Positions 8,017 through 17,391 are shown, counted from the first letter of the stretch. The stretch is DNA of 33,369 nt from an uncultured Ruminococcus sp. (GCA_964438725.1 CAYTLG010000002.1:1-33369), one strand, 5' to 3'. The notes: generated from the sequence alone by a model not told the origin. A program made the numbers and translations.

Positions 8017-9210
8017 CTATTCAGCTATCTGTGAGATAACGATGGAGTCAAGCACTGGCAAACAGTAGTCCTCGTAATAGTTATCCTTGTCGTTGTCGTA
8101 TACTATCATTGAGACAAACATCACATCCTCGCTGTCCGGAATGTCCATGAGAATGTAGTACCACGTGCAAGGGGCATTATATCCGCCGCTTCCTGCCTGA
8201 TTCATGGTAGACCACTTGTAGCTGTATCCGTTTGCAGTCTCTCCTACACCTTCATTTGTACTTTTCATTCCCGAAATATTTACATTAAGTCCTCGTGCTA
8301 TCTCAAAACGCTTATGTGCAAAGAAGTTTTCGCTAATTCGCGGTATATCGGCAGCAGTTGTATAGCCCATGCTCCATGTGTCGGGAAGAGTGAAGCTGAC
8401 TGTGTATTCAGGGTCGCTTTCTTCTTCGTAACGGCTGACCTTTATCGTATATTCAAGTGTGTTTTCATCGTTTGGAATATAGGTACGGCATGAATTCAGC
8501 ATTGGAACAAAGCAGCTTTCGTATGCGTTTTCTATCTCACCGTCATCTGAGAGGAACATGGCAGCCATTCTGTCATCACCTATGCCGATAAAGCAGTAAT
8601 AGAGAGTGCATTCGGTGTCTGTCTTTTTGTATATCGTGTAGTCGGTGCTTTCAGCTGTTTTTCCGTGAAGGATTTCCGCTCCCTCAAGTGAGAATATTTC
8701 ATCCTTTGTAACAAACGTGACTGCGTTTCCGCTCATACATTCATCGGAGAGGTTGTATACACAATTGTCAAACCAACCATAGAAGCCACGTCCGCCTGAA
8801 AGATTTTCTACTCTGTCACTGTTTTGAACTATAGTAAGGCTTGTTGAGACTTCATCGAATATCAATGCTCCGAGAATGCTGTCAGATTTTGTGTATGAAG
8901 CATTGCTTTCTCCGTAGCCTTTGTCGGTAGAGGACGTAAGGTAGTATATTTCCGATTTCAGACAGTCAACCGTTGTTTTTTCTTTCTGAGCGGTTATTAC
9001 TTCTTCGGCTTCTGTCTCGCTTTCTTCAGGTGCGGGAGGTTCTTCTATTTCAAATACGTGAGTTTCTTCTTCGGTTTCGCTCTCCGCTATTGTTTCGTCG
9101 GGCTTTGCAAGCGGTGGTGCGTCAGATTCGATTATTTCAGCTTTTTCCTTTGCACATGACGTGAGCAGACAAGAGGATAATATCAGGAGTGCTATAATAA
9201 GTTTTTTCAT
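8017..9210 (-). CDS. hypothetical lipoprotein (397 aa) with acidic linker
   Basis: MKKLIIALLILSSCLLTSCAKE carries a lipobox (LLTSC). An E/T/P-rich linker follows (ESETEEETHVFEIEEPPAPEESETEAEE), then a Cys/Tyr-rich globular region with no recognised family. GAGGTG RBS. Confidence 0.75.
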   Translation of the reverse strand: MKKLIIALLILSSCLLTSCAKEKAEIIESDAPPLAKPDETIAESETEEETHVFEIEEPPAPEESETEAEEVITAQKEKTTVDCLKSEIYYLTSSTDKGYGESNASYTKSDSILGALIFDEVSTSLTIVQNSDRVENLSGGRGFYGWFDNCVYNLSDECMSGNAVTFVTKDEIFSLEGAEILHGKTAESTDYTIYKKTDTECTLYYCFIGIGDDRMAAMFLSDDGEIENAYESCFVPMLNSCRTYIPNDENTLEYTIKVSRYEEESDPEYTVSFTLPDTWSMGYTTAADIPRISENFFAHKRFEIARGLNVNISGMKSTNEGVGETANGYSYKWSTMNQAGSGGYNAPCTWYYILMDIPDSEDVMFVSMIVYDNDKDNYYEDYCLPVLDSIVISQIAE

Positions 9211-9325
9211 TATAATTTCACCTCGCTTTTTTTAATTAGACGAAGTGTTTTTTTGTTCTGTTCCCATTCATTGAAGTTTTTTCCTTGAGTTTTCCCGAAA
9301 AATTCACCATTCTATCACCGAGAAG

Positions 9326-9334
9326 TGGTATAAT
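9326..9334 (+). promoter_or_regulatory. extended -10 promoter element upstream of the ABC module
   Basis: TGgTATAAT at 9326-9334 with a weak -35. Its position leaves the track ATG at 9340 without a leader or RBS. Confidence 0.45.
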
Positions 9335-9378
9335 ATAGCATGAATATTATTGAATTTATGCAAACGGAGGACGTTGAA

Positions 9379-10521
9379 TTGATAGAAGTAAAAAATCTCG
9401 TAAAGCGATACGGGGATTTTGAAGCAGTCCGTGGAGTCAGCTTTGAGATAAAAAAAGGAATGATATACGGTTTTCTTGGTCCGAACGGTGCAGGAAAATC
9501 CACAACGATGAATATCATAACAGGATGTCTTGCCGCAACCGAGGGTGAAGTTACCGTAAACGGATGTGATATCTATGAAGATCCGATTGGTGCAAAATCC
9601 GCAATAGGCTATCTTCCCGAAATACCGCCCCTCTACATCGATATGACAGCGGAGGAATATCTTGCATTTGTAGGTGAAGCAAAGGGATTTTCCGGTGACA
9701 AGCTGTATCGTGAGGTCGATCGTGTTATTGCAAAGACCGGTCTTACCTCATATTCGACAAAGCTCATAAAGAATCTTTCAAAGGGTTATAAGCAGCGTGT
9801 CGGCATAGCACAGGCTATCATAGGCAATCCTGAGATAATTATTCTTGATGAGCCGACAGTAGGTCTTGACCCCAGACAGATAATCGAGATCCGTGAGCTT
9901 ATCCGTGAGCTTGGACGAGAAAGCACAGTTATTCTCTCAAGCCATATTCTTACCGAGATTGCCGAGGTCTGCGACTATGTAATAATCATTTCACACGGTC
10001 AGGTAGTAGCCTCCGATACAATTGACAACCTCACAAAGAAATACGAGGGCAAGAACTATGTCGATATAACCACGAGAGGTGATGAGGAACGAATAAAGCG
10101 TCTTATCTCCTCAATAGACGGAGTTATTAATATAGAATGCGAGACAGTGGCAAACACACTTCACGTAAGAATAGCGACCGAGAGCGGACATGACATTCGT
10201 GAGGAGCTTTTCTTTAGATTTGCGGATGCGAAAACCCCGATTCTTTCGATGAACTATGAGGAAGTAACTCTTGAAAAGGTATTCCTTGAGCTTACAGGAG
10301 AAAGCAGCGGAAAGGCCAATATCGTGAAAAATGATGCTCACATGACAGCGGAAGAAGAATTTGCCGAAAAAGCACTTGAAAACATGAAGAACCGTGCTGA
10401 GGCAGAAATTATACCGACCGAAGATAACGAAGAAAAAACAGAACCTGCCCGTGAAACCCCTGAAAAGAAGAAAAACGGACATGATAATGATGACTACAAG
10501 CCACTTTTCGGCGGTAACTGA
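9379..10521 (+). CDS. ABC transporter ATP-binding protein (ABC-2/GldA-like) with acidic disordered C-terminal tail
   Basis: Walker A GPNGAGKST, signature LSKGYKQR, Walker B IIILDEPTVGLD, H-loop SSHIL. I prefer the TTG start at 9379 (GGAGG 8 nt upstream, giving IEVKNLVKRYG) over the track ATG at 9340. About 80 tail residues are E/K-rich. Confidence 0.85.
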   Translation: MIEVKNLVKRYGDFEAVRGVSFEIKKGMIYGFLGPNGAGKSTTMNIITGCLAATEGEVTVNGCDIYEDPIGAKSAIGYLPEIPPLYIDMTAEEYLAFVGEAKGFSGDKLYREVDRVIAKTGLTSYSTKLIKNLSKGYKQRVGIAQAIIGNPEIIILDEPTVGLDPRQIIEIRELIRELGRESTVILSSHILTEIAEVCDYVIIISHGQVVASDTIDNLTKKYEGKNYVDITTRGDEERIKRLISSIDGVINIECETVANTLHVRIATESGHDIREELFFRFADAKTPILSMNYEEVTLEKVFLELTGESSGKANIVKNDAHMTAEEEFAEKALENMKNRAEAEIIPTEDNEEKTEPARETPEKKKNGHDNDDYKPLFGGN

Positions 10522-10537
10522 GCGGAGGACTATATAA

Positions 10538-11401
10538 ATGAATGCAGTATATAAAAAAGAGCTGAAAAGCTATACCACGGGCATGACGGGAGCTATCTTT
10601 GTCGGATTCCTCCTTTTGTTCGCAGGTATATACATGGTGAACTACAACCTTTTCGGACTTTATCCGTATTTTGAATACGTGTTGTCAGGCGTGTCGTTCA
10701 TCTTCCTTCTGACAGTACCCGTGCTTACGATGCGTTCTTTTGCCGAAGAAAAGCACTCAAGAACAGACCAGCTTTTGTATTCTCTCCCGATAAGCGTGAC
10801 ATCGGTGGTTCTTGCGAAGTTCTTTGCAATGCTTACCGTACTTTTCGTTCCGTGCGTGATTATGGCGTTCTATCCGCTTATACTTTGTTCGTTCGGTACC
10901 GTACATCTTTCGGGTGCATATGCAACACTTCTTGCGTTCTTCCTACTTGGAGCTGCCCTTATCTCAATAGGTATGTTTATCTCATCCCTTACAGAGAGCC
11001 AGGTCATATCCGCAGTTATTACGCTTCTTGTAATGATACTTATTAACTTCATGTCGGGTCTTTCTACAATGTATCCGACAACAGCAGCGGCTTCTCTTGC
11101 AGGACTTGTTGTTCTTTCGATAGCCGCAGGACTTGTGATACAGAATCTTGTGAAAAACTCAGTCGTGGCTTCATGCTCGTCCGTCATTCTCATATCCGTG
11201 TCCGTGCTTGTTTATTTTGCGAAACCGTCTCTGCTTGAAGGACTTATCCCGAACCTTCTGTCCTCATTTGCACTGTTTGACAGACTTACTTCCTTCCAGA
11301 ACGGTATATTCGATATGACAGCGATAGTTTTCTATATTTCCGTAACCGCACTGTTCGTATATCTGACAGTACAGTCAATGGAAAAGAAACGCTGGAACTG
11401 A
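10538..11401 (+). CDS. ABC-2 type transporter permease
   Basis: 287 aa, about 6 TM segments, immediately after the ATPase with a GGAGG RBS. Confidence 0.8.
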   Translation: MNAVYKKELKSYTTGMTGAIFVGFLLLFAGIYMVNYNLFGLYPYFEYVLSGVSFIFLLTVPVLTMRSFAEEKHSRTDQLLYSLPISVTSVVLAKFFAMLTVLFVPCVIMAFYPLILCSFGTVHLSGAYATLLAFFLLGAALISIGMFISSLTESQVISAVITLLVMILINFMSGLSTMYPTTAAASLAGLVVLSIAAGLVIQNLVKNSVVASCSSVILISVSVLVYFAKPSLLEGLIPNLLSSFALFDRLTSFQNGIFDMTAIVFYISVTALFVYLTVQSMEKKRWN

Positions 11402-11441
11402 TGACAGACCTACTGAAAATGAGCATTGATAGGAGAAACTG

Positions 11442-12920
11442 ATGAATAACGAGACAAAAGCTCCGAAGAAAAACGGAATTAATAAAAAATACCTTAAAAT
11501 AGGCTCGTTCTCGATTACCATGACAATCGTTGTTGTGGCTGTCGTTGTAGTCGTGAACCTTATCGTTGGTGAAATACCCTCGACCTTTACAAAATACGAT
11601 ATGTCCGCACTTGAGCTTTATTCAATAGGCGAGGAAACAGAAGCCGTAATAAGCTCGGTTGAGGATGACGTGACGTTTTATATTATTGCACAGCGTGGAA
11701 GCGAGGATGCTACTGTAAAAGAGCTTCTCGACCGTTACGCCGCAATGAACTCACACATTACCGTAAAAACAGCAGACCCCATAACAAATCCCACATTCGT
11801 TGAGCAGTATACAAGCGACCAGCTTTCTATGAACTCCGTTATCGCAGTCAGCGGAAAGAGAAGCTATGCTGTTGATTACTACGAAATTTACACCACAACA
11901 TACAGTGATGAAGAACTGTATTACTATTATTACTATGGTCAGATGCCAATGGGAACGCCATATTTCAACGGTGAACTTTGCTTTACGACCGCACTTGACT
12001 ATGTAACCAGAGATGACCTCCCGACAGCATACTTCCTTACAGGTCATGGTGAGACAGCACTCAGTGAAACATATCTCTCATACTTCACTGCGGAAAACAT
12101 CGCAACGGAGGAACTTTCCATACTCACACTTACCGAGCTTCCCGAAGATGCGTCCTCTGTTATTATAAACGTGCCTACCTCCGATATTTCTGAAATGGAA
12201 GAAGAAATGCTTTCCGCATATCTTGATGAAGGCGGCAGTATCATTCTTGTTACAGGTGCTACAACCTATAATTCAAAGACAATGCCTAACCTTACAGCTC
12301 TGGCGAAAAAAGTCGGTCTTGAATCGGTAGACGGTATCGTAGTGGAAACTTCACAGAACAACTACATGATGTATCCGCACTATCTCCTGCCGAAGATAGG
12401 CTCTACCTCCACAGAACCGCTTTCTCTTATGTCCGGTAACACTACCTATGTATTTGCAAATGCGGCTCACGGTATCATTTCCGACGGAACACATGATGTA
12501 AATCCGCTTCTTTCCACTACATCCGGTGCATATGTAAAGACAAACCTGAACGCTGAAACTCTCGAAAAAGAGGACGGCGATATTTCCGGAACTGTGTATA
12601 TCGGAGCCTCTGTAACAGAAGAAGTTGAGGGTGAGAGAAGTGACAGCTACAAGTTCGTGTGGTTCTCGTCTCCTGCTCTTACAGATGAATACTCCGACTC
12701 TGTTGTATCGGGCGGCAACTCAAGTATGTTTATGGCAGCATCGGGTTGGATGTGTGAAAACAAGATAAATCTCTCCATCATGGCAAAACAGCTCCAGGTA
12801 GAATCCCTTACAATAACTGCGGCAGAATCCACACTCTGGTCGATAGTAGTTGTGTTTGTTGTACCTGTTGCAATATTCGCACTCGGATTTGTAGTATGGT
12901 GGAAGAGAAGAAAAGCGTAA
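11442..12920 (+). CDS. GldG-like ABC-transporter auxiliary protein (N- and C-terminal TM anchors)
   Basis: 492 aa. VTFYIIAQRGSEDATVKELLDRY...ADPITNP and the YFLTGHGE motif are typical of the GldG auxiliary family. One TM segment at each end. Confidence 0.8.
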   Translation: MNNETKAPKKNGINKKYLKIGSFSITMTIVVVAVVVVVNLIVGEIPSTFTKYDMSALELYSIGEETEAVISSVEDDVTFYIIAQRGSEDATVKELLDRYAAMNSHITVKTADPITNPTFVEQYTSDQLSMNSVIAVSGKRSYAVDYYEIYTTTYSDEELYYYYYYGQMPMGTPYFNGELCFTTALDYVTRDDLPTAYFLTGHGETALSETYLSYFTAENIATEELSILTLTELPEDASSVIINVPTSDISEMEEEMLSAYLDEGGSIILVTGATTYNSKTMPNLTALAKKVGLESVDGIVVETSQNNYMMYPHYLLPKIGSTSTEPLSLMSGNTTYVFANAAHGIISDGTHDVNPLLSTTSGAYVKTNLNAETLEKEDGDISGTVYIGASVTEEVEGERSDSYKFVWFSSPALTDEYSDSVVSGGNSSMFMAASGWMCENKINLSIMAKQLQVESLTITAAESTLWSIVVVFVVPVAIFALGFVVWWKRRKA

Positions 12921-12921
12921 G

Positions 12922-13947
12922 GTGGCGGAATTGGCAACAAAATCAAAGAAAAAGAATAAATACGTACCTCTTATCGTGATGTGTGTGCTTCTCTGCGGAC
13001 TTGGCATAGTTTATGCGGTTCTGTCCTCTGCTAACGATAAAAAGGAAGCGGAGCAGGCAGCTCTTGAAGCAGAAGAAAATGAATACACAATGATTGCGGA
13101 ATATGACTACACTACGATGACAGCCCTTTCGTTCAAAATGAGAGGGGATGAAATGCTTGACTTTGAGGTGTCAGGTACATCGTGGGTATATTCTGCCGAC
13201 GAAAAATTCCCTCTGAATCAGACGATAATTGCAAATATGGCAGCCGCAATCGCACAGATAGGTGTTGAATGCACAGTTGATGAAGGAGACCCTGCTGAAT
13301 TTGGACTTGATGACCCTGAATATACTATAAAAGTAAAATATTCTGACGGAACAAGTTATGAATACCTGATAGGTGACTACAATACGTTCAATTCATCATA
13401 TTACTTTATGGCTGACGGCGATATGTATATGATATCATCCGGACTTCTTCCGTATTTCACGTATGAGCTTGAGGATCTTCTCCTGCTTGATACAATGCCC
13501 TTGTCGGAGTGGAGCGATACATCGTATGTGAACCACATCACTGTAAAGTACGGTGAGCGTGAAAACACTATCGAGGATGCTGACGGTATAAGCGAGCTTG
13601 TTTCACTTATCAATTCAATTTCACTGAATGACTGTGCCGATTACTACACCGAAGAGGACGAAAAAGTTGCCTATGGTCTTGACGGAAGTACGACAATTAC
13701 CGTGAACTATAAAAAGGCAAAGACCTCTGCCGATGCGGATGGAAACGAGTCAACAGTATACCTTGATACAAACTATACATTTGAGGTTGGTATGGCAGAC
13801 GGTGAATATTACCTCATGCCGCCGTCCTCAAACATCACGTACAGTATCTCTGCCTCAACAGCTGTGGAAATACTCACTTATTTGAGCTATACTTCCGAAG
13901 TTGAAGCGGATACAACCGAAACTGTCGAGGAGACACTCGGAGACTAA
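12922..13947 (+). CDS. DUF4340-like membrane-anchored protein
   Basis: 341 aa. GTG start 1 nt after the GldG-like stop. K-rich N-terminus plus one TM. The ...EFGLDDPEYTIKV... segment and the position after GldG fit the DUF4340 family. The exact start is uncertain. Confidence 0.7.
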   Translation: MAELATKSKKKNKYVPLIVMCVLLCGLGIVYAVLSSANDKKEAEQAALEAEENEYTMIAEYDYTTMTALSFKMRGDEMLDFEVSGTSWVYSADEKFPLNQTIIANMAAAIAQIGVECTVDEGDPAEFGLDDPEYTIKVKYSDGTSYEYLIGDYNTFNSSYYFMADGDMYMISSGLLPYFTYELEDLLLLDTMPLSEWSDTSYVNHITVKYGERENTIEDADGISELVSLINSISLNDCADYYTEEDEKVAYGLDGSTTITVNYKKAKTSADADGNESTVYLDTNYTFEVGMADGEYYLMPPSSNITYSISASTAVEILTYLSYTSEVEADTTETVEETLGD

Positions 13948-13952
13948 AATCA

Positions 13953-13997
13953 AAAGAACCTCTGTGAGTATATCACTTGCTGAGGTTCTTTTCGTTT
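13953..13997 (+). terminator. intrinsic terminator after the ABC/GldG/DUF4340 module
   Basis: Stem AAAGAACCTC / GAGGTTCTTT with inner GTGA/TCAC pairing, followed by a T-rich tract. Confidence 0.7.
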
Positions 13998-14079
13998 ATG
14001 AATATGCACAAAAAGTCGGTGTTTTTACTGTTGAAAAAGCGGAATATCGCATATAGTTGTGGATTTTTTTGTCTGTGTG

Positions 14080-14088
14080 TGCTATAAT
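14080..14088 (+). promoter_or_regulatory. extended -10 promoter for the CotH lipoprotein gene
   Basis: TGcTATAAT at 14080-14088, about 37 nt upstream of the ATG at 14125. Confidence 0.5.
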
Positions 14089-14124
14089 GTCAGCATGATT
14101 ATGACTGATAAGGATAATTCTATA

Positions 14125-17100
14125 ATGAAGAAAAAATCAAGTAACAGAAAAGCGTTTTTAAGTGCGGTGCTTGCTTCACTCATGCTGATTCAGCCGTTTG
14201 CCCTTGTTTCGTGCAACGATGCGGAAAACGACAGTGAGAAAGAGTCAAATACAGAATACACCTCCGGAGAAAACGATGATACCGAAGTCGGAGACACACT
14301 TCTGCCAAGCGGAAAAGTGGATAAGGATGCAAAGGACGTAGATGGCATTACCATATCCTCCGCAGAAGAGCTTGCGAAGATAGGTGTTGATAAGAAATAT
14401 CCACTGGATGGAGATTACGTTCTCGTTGCGGATATAGACATGAGCGAATACGGTGCGTTTACTCCTATCGGCGGTGCTGCCAGTGAATGCGGTATAGTTG
14501 AGGGAAATAATGTATTCTCAGGTACGTTTGATGGCAGAGGACACACGATATACGGACTGAAAATAGATGTTGACTCAAAGGAAAGAGAACACGTTGGTCT
14601 TTTCGGAACAGTTGCCTCGAAGTCAAAATCCGACCCTGCGATGATTAAAAACCTCATTATTAAAAATGCAAGCGTTACGGGAAGTATATCTGCTCCTGCT
14701 ACCTGTGCGGTTCTGTGCGGTCAGGCTGATGGATATGTTACCATAGACAACATCGCTATGATATCGGGTGAGCTGAATATCAGACTGGCATCGGGTGGTG
14801 ACAGCCTTGGATTCGGAGCTTTGATAGGACAGTGCCGTACAAGAGATACGACAGGTCTCGACAACAGCGGTATAACAATAACAAATATTCTCTCAAATGT
14901 TAACGTAACAGGTGAGAACTACAACGGAAAAAACTATACAAGCGGTCTCATCGGCAGAGTGCGTGGTTCAGATGTAGGTAAACTCAGTGACATTGTAATG
15001 CTCGGTGTAGTTATGCATCAGGGTGAAAAGGGTCATTCCATAGCGGGTGGTGACTCCCACTTTGCGATAAATACGAATGTATACTATCGTTCGGGATGGT
15101 CGGTAGATATCAACTATAACGGTAAAACAAAATCATACAGAGCATTGACAGAAAACGATATTTCTCTTGACAGTAGCAAATGGACACGTGAGATAGGTTC
15201 ATATCCCGTTCTGAATATGCTTCTTGAAAGCAGTCTCTATACTCCGCTCGATTTTGTAACCATATCTCTTGCGGACGGAGATACAGCGAATAAGGTAACG
15301 GAAAGCTTTGAATTGCCCGCTGACATTTTCGGCAAGGCTATAACATGGACAAGCTCCGATTCAAAGTCAATAAATGTTGATGGAACTAAAGCCAAGGTCA
15401 AAAAGCCCGATTCAGGTGCAAAAAAAGTAACTCTTACCGCTACACTTGACGGTATATCAAAGAACTTTACTTACAGCGTTGACTCGGATATCAGCGGTTC
15501 TATTCACTTTGACGGAAAAAATACACTGACAGCGGTGAATTTTCCGGAGGGTACACAGTACACCTGGACTGTACTCAGTGTTTCCGATTACAGCGTGAAA
15601 AAGAGCGAGACTTCAACAACAGGACAGTTTATTCTCGATGACAGCCTGCTCAACTCTATGATAATCCTTTCCGATGGCAGTGATGAAGCGTACTTCTATT
15701 ACAGTAATATTCCGTCCATATCTATCTACTGTGACACGGAATACTACGATATCGCAAAGGAAAACTACTCTAAGGCAAAAATAACGATATATTCCACTGA
15801 CGGATATACGGAGACCTCGTATAACGGAGATACAGAGATAAAGCTCAGAGGTAACTCAACAGCTTATCAGGCAAAGCGTCCGTTCAGACTCAAGCTCGAC
15901 AAAAAGGCAGACCTCTTCGGTATGGGTGAGAGCAAGCACTGGGTTCTCCTTGCGAACGCATTCGACAGAAGTAACCTCAGAAACAAGCTCTCATACGATT
16001 TCAGCGGTGCTTTGGGTATGCTGTACTGTGAATCAATACTTGTAAACGTGATATTCAATGGAGCATACTACGGTTTGTATGAGCTTTCGGAAAATATCCG
16101 TGTTGACAGCGGAAGGGTTGATATTTTCGACTGGGAAGAAACTGCGGAGGATGTTGCTGCTGCCATAGCCGAAAAGGAAGGACTCAGCAAGGACGAAGCA
16201 GACCAGCTTGAAACAAAAATGGTCGCAAATCTCTCATGGGTAACAAGCGGAAAATTCGGTGCTTATACTATCGCAGATTACTATGATATATCGGATTTCG
16301 ATATCAGCGGTGGATATCTCATTGAGGATGACGCATATTACGATGAAATTTCAAAATTCACTACGAATAATGAAATGAAGCTCATGCTCAAGAGTCCCGA
16401 AAATCTCGCATCCAACTCCGATATGATGAACTGGCTCAAGGATTATATCCAGGATATGGAAGATGCAATATACTCCCCGAACAGATATAACTCCGATGGC
16501 AAGACATACAGTGACTACATGGATACGGAATCCTTTGTAGACTTCTGGATGGTCAACCAGGTATTCAAAAACGTCGAGCTTCTCTTCAAGAGCTGTTATA
16601 TGTACAAGGACGTTGGTGAAAAGCTGTATTTCGGACCTATCTGGGATATGGACTGGTCAAGCGGAAACCATGTAAACCTCGGCGGTGACGGTGGAAAGTA
16701 CAATACATGGTGGCACAGCGAAAGCCAGGACAGAGAATACTGGTACAGAGCTTTGTATAACGACCCGAACTTCATACTCATGCTTTGGGAAAGATGGCAG
16801 AACATCGGCGATGAGCTTGATGAAATGATGGCATCCCTCGATAAGCTGTCGGTTGAAATAAAGGCTTCGGCAGACCTCGATAACAGTCGCTGGTGGTACG
16901 ATCGTTCATATGATGACGAGATAAATATGCTGAAGCACTGGCTCGAAAACAGACGCAAGTGGATGAACGAACAGTTTGAAACACCTGATACTCTTATAAA
17001 TTCGTTCGGATATTTCGTTGAGAGCAAATCTGTTATCATAAAGAGTGCGGAAATAGTCGGAGATGAGCTTGTGCTGAATATCAAGATGAGCAACAAGTTC

Positions 17101-17322
17101 CCGACCTGCGAGATACTTGTAAACGGTGAGTCACTCGGAGACGTTACACCTGAGCAGAACACCGTGAAGATACCCGCAGAAAACCTCTATGAGGCAGGAA
17201 GATACAACGCAATCGAAATAATTGCAAAGAACTCCGATGGCTCATTCAATGTTATCGGTCAGAGAAGGGGTCAGAACGGCTCCTCGGCAGTAGATGCGGA
17301 TTACATCTTCTTCAAAAGATAA
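14125..17322 (+). CDS. large lipoprotein with GLUG-like repeats, Ig-like module and CotH (atypical kinase-like) domain
   Basis: Start moved to ATG 14125, giving MKKKSSNRKAFLSAVLASLMLIQPFALVSCND with a lipobox. GLUG-like HVGLFGTVAS and YTSGLIGRVRG. Ig-like ITWTSSDSKSINVDG...VTLTATL. CotH core LRGNSTAYQAKRPFRLKL...SNLRNKLSYDFSGALG...FNGAYYGLYELSE...GPIWDMDWSSGN. Confidence 0.85.
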   Translation: MKKKSSNRKAFLSAVLASLMLIQPFALVSCNDAENDSEKESNTEYTSGENDDTEVGDTLLPSGKVDKDAKDVDGITISSAEELAKIGVDKKYPLDGDYVLVADIDMSEYGAFTPIGGAASECGIVEGNNVFSGTFDGRGHTIYGLKIDVDSKEREHVGLFGTVASKSKSDPAMIKNLIIKNASVTGSISAPATCAVLCGQADGYVTIDNIAMISGELNIRLASGGDSLGFGALIGQCRTRDTTGLDNSGITITNILSNVNVTGENYNGKNYTSGLIGRVRGSDVGKLSDIVMLGVVMHQGEKGHSIAGGDSHFAINTNVYYRSGWSVDINYNGKTKSYRALTENDISLDSSKWTREIGSYPVLNMLLESSLYTPLDFVTISLADGDTANKVTESFELPADIFGKAITWTSSDSKSINVDGTKAKVKKPDSGAKKVTLTATLDGISKNFTYSVDSDISGSIHFDGKNTLTAVNFPEGTQYTWTVLSVSDYSVKKSETSTTGQFILDDSLLNSMIILSDGSDEAYFYYSNIPSISIYCDTEYYDIAKENYSKAKITIYSTDGYTETSYNGDTEIKLRGNSTAYQAKRPFRLKLDKKADLFGMGESKHWVLLANAFDRSNLRNKLSYDFSGALGMLYCESILVNVIFNGAYYGLYELSENIRVDSGRVDIFDWEETAEDVAAAIAEKEGLSKDEADQLETKMVANLSWVTSGKFGAYTIADYYDISDFDISGGYLIEDDAYYDEISKFTTNNEMKLMLKSPENLASNSDMMNWLKDYIQDMEDAIYSPNRYNSDGKTYSDYMDTESFVDFWMVNQVFKNVELLFKSCYMYKDVGEKLYFGPIWDMDWSSGNHVNLGGDGGKYNTWWHSESQDREYWYRALYNDPNFILMLWERWQNIGDELDEMMASLDKLSVEIKASADLDNSRWWYDRSYDDEINMLKHWLENRRKWMNEQFETPDTLINSFGYFVESKSVIIKSAEIVGDELVLNIKMSNKFPTCEILVNGESLGDVTPEQNTVKIPAENLYEAGRYNAIEIIAKNSDGSFNVIGQRRGQNGSSAVDADYIFFKR

Positions 17323-17330
17323 ATAAAAAA

Positions 17331-17378
17331 AGCTGTCATGGCAAGGCGTATAAAAACCTTACCGTGGCAGCTTTTTAT
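17331..17378. terminator. bidirectional intrinsic terminator (CotH gene / SGNH gene convergent)
   Basis: 16-bp stem AGCTGTCATGGCAAGG / CCTTACCGTGGCAGCT (two G-U pairs), 10-nt loop. A-run before and T-run after, so it can work on both strands. Confidence 0.85.
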
Positions 17379-17391
17379 GTTGTCCGAATTA

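Noticed and set aside
9340-9378. Track start (ATG 9340) for the ABC ATPase, and the minus-strand ORF at 9315-9518
   Set aside because: ATG 9340 sits 6 nt after the -10 hexamer with no RBS. TTG 9379 has GGAGG 8 nt upstream and gives the usual MIEVKNL-type N-terminus. The minus-strand ORF is antisense to the Walker A region.
13998-14087. 29-codon small ORF (MNMHKKSVFLLLKKRNIAYSCGFFCLCVL) between the DUF4340 gene and the CotH gene
   Set aside because: It has no RBS. It begins inside the terminator tail and runs through the CotH promoter. This is most likely chance in a T-rich spacer.
14059-14124. Upstream extension of the CotH ORF (MDFFVCVCYNVSMIMTDKDNSI)
   Set aside because: It overlaps the TGcTATAAT -10 element, so it is probably not transcribed. 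The ATG at 14125 gives a textbook lipoprotein signal peptide.
16596-17162. 188-aa minus-strand Ser-rich ORF inside the CotH gene, with similar antisense ORFs at 4375-4848, 26668-27108, 10111-10482 and 20545-20934
   Set aside because: All lie wholly inside genes that have strong family motifs on the other strand. Their compositions are typical of antisense translation, and none has a start context. The ORFs at 4375 and 26668 are codon-aligned shadows.
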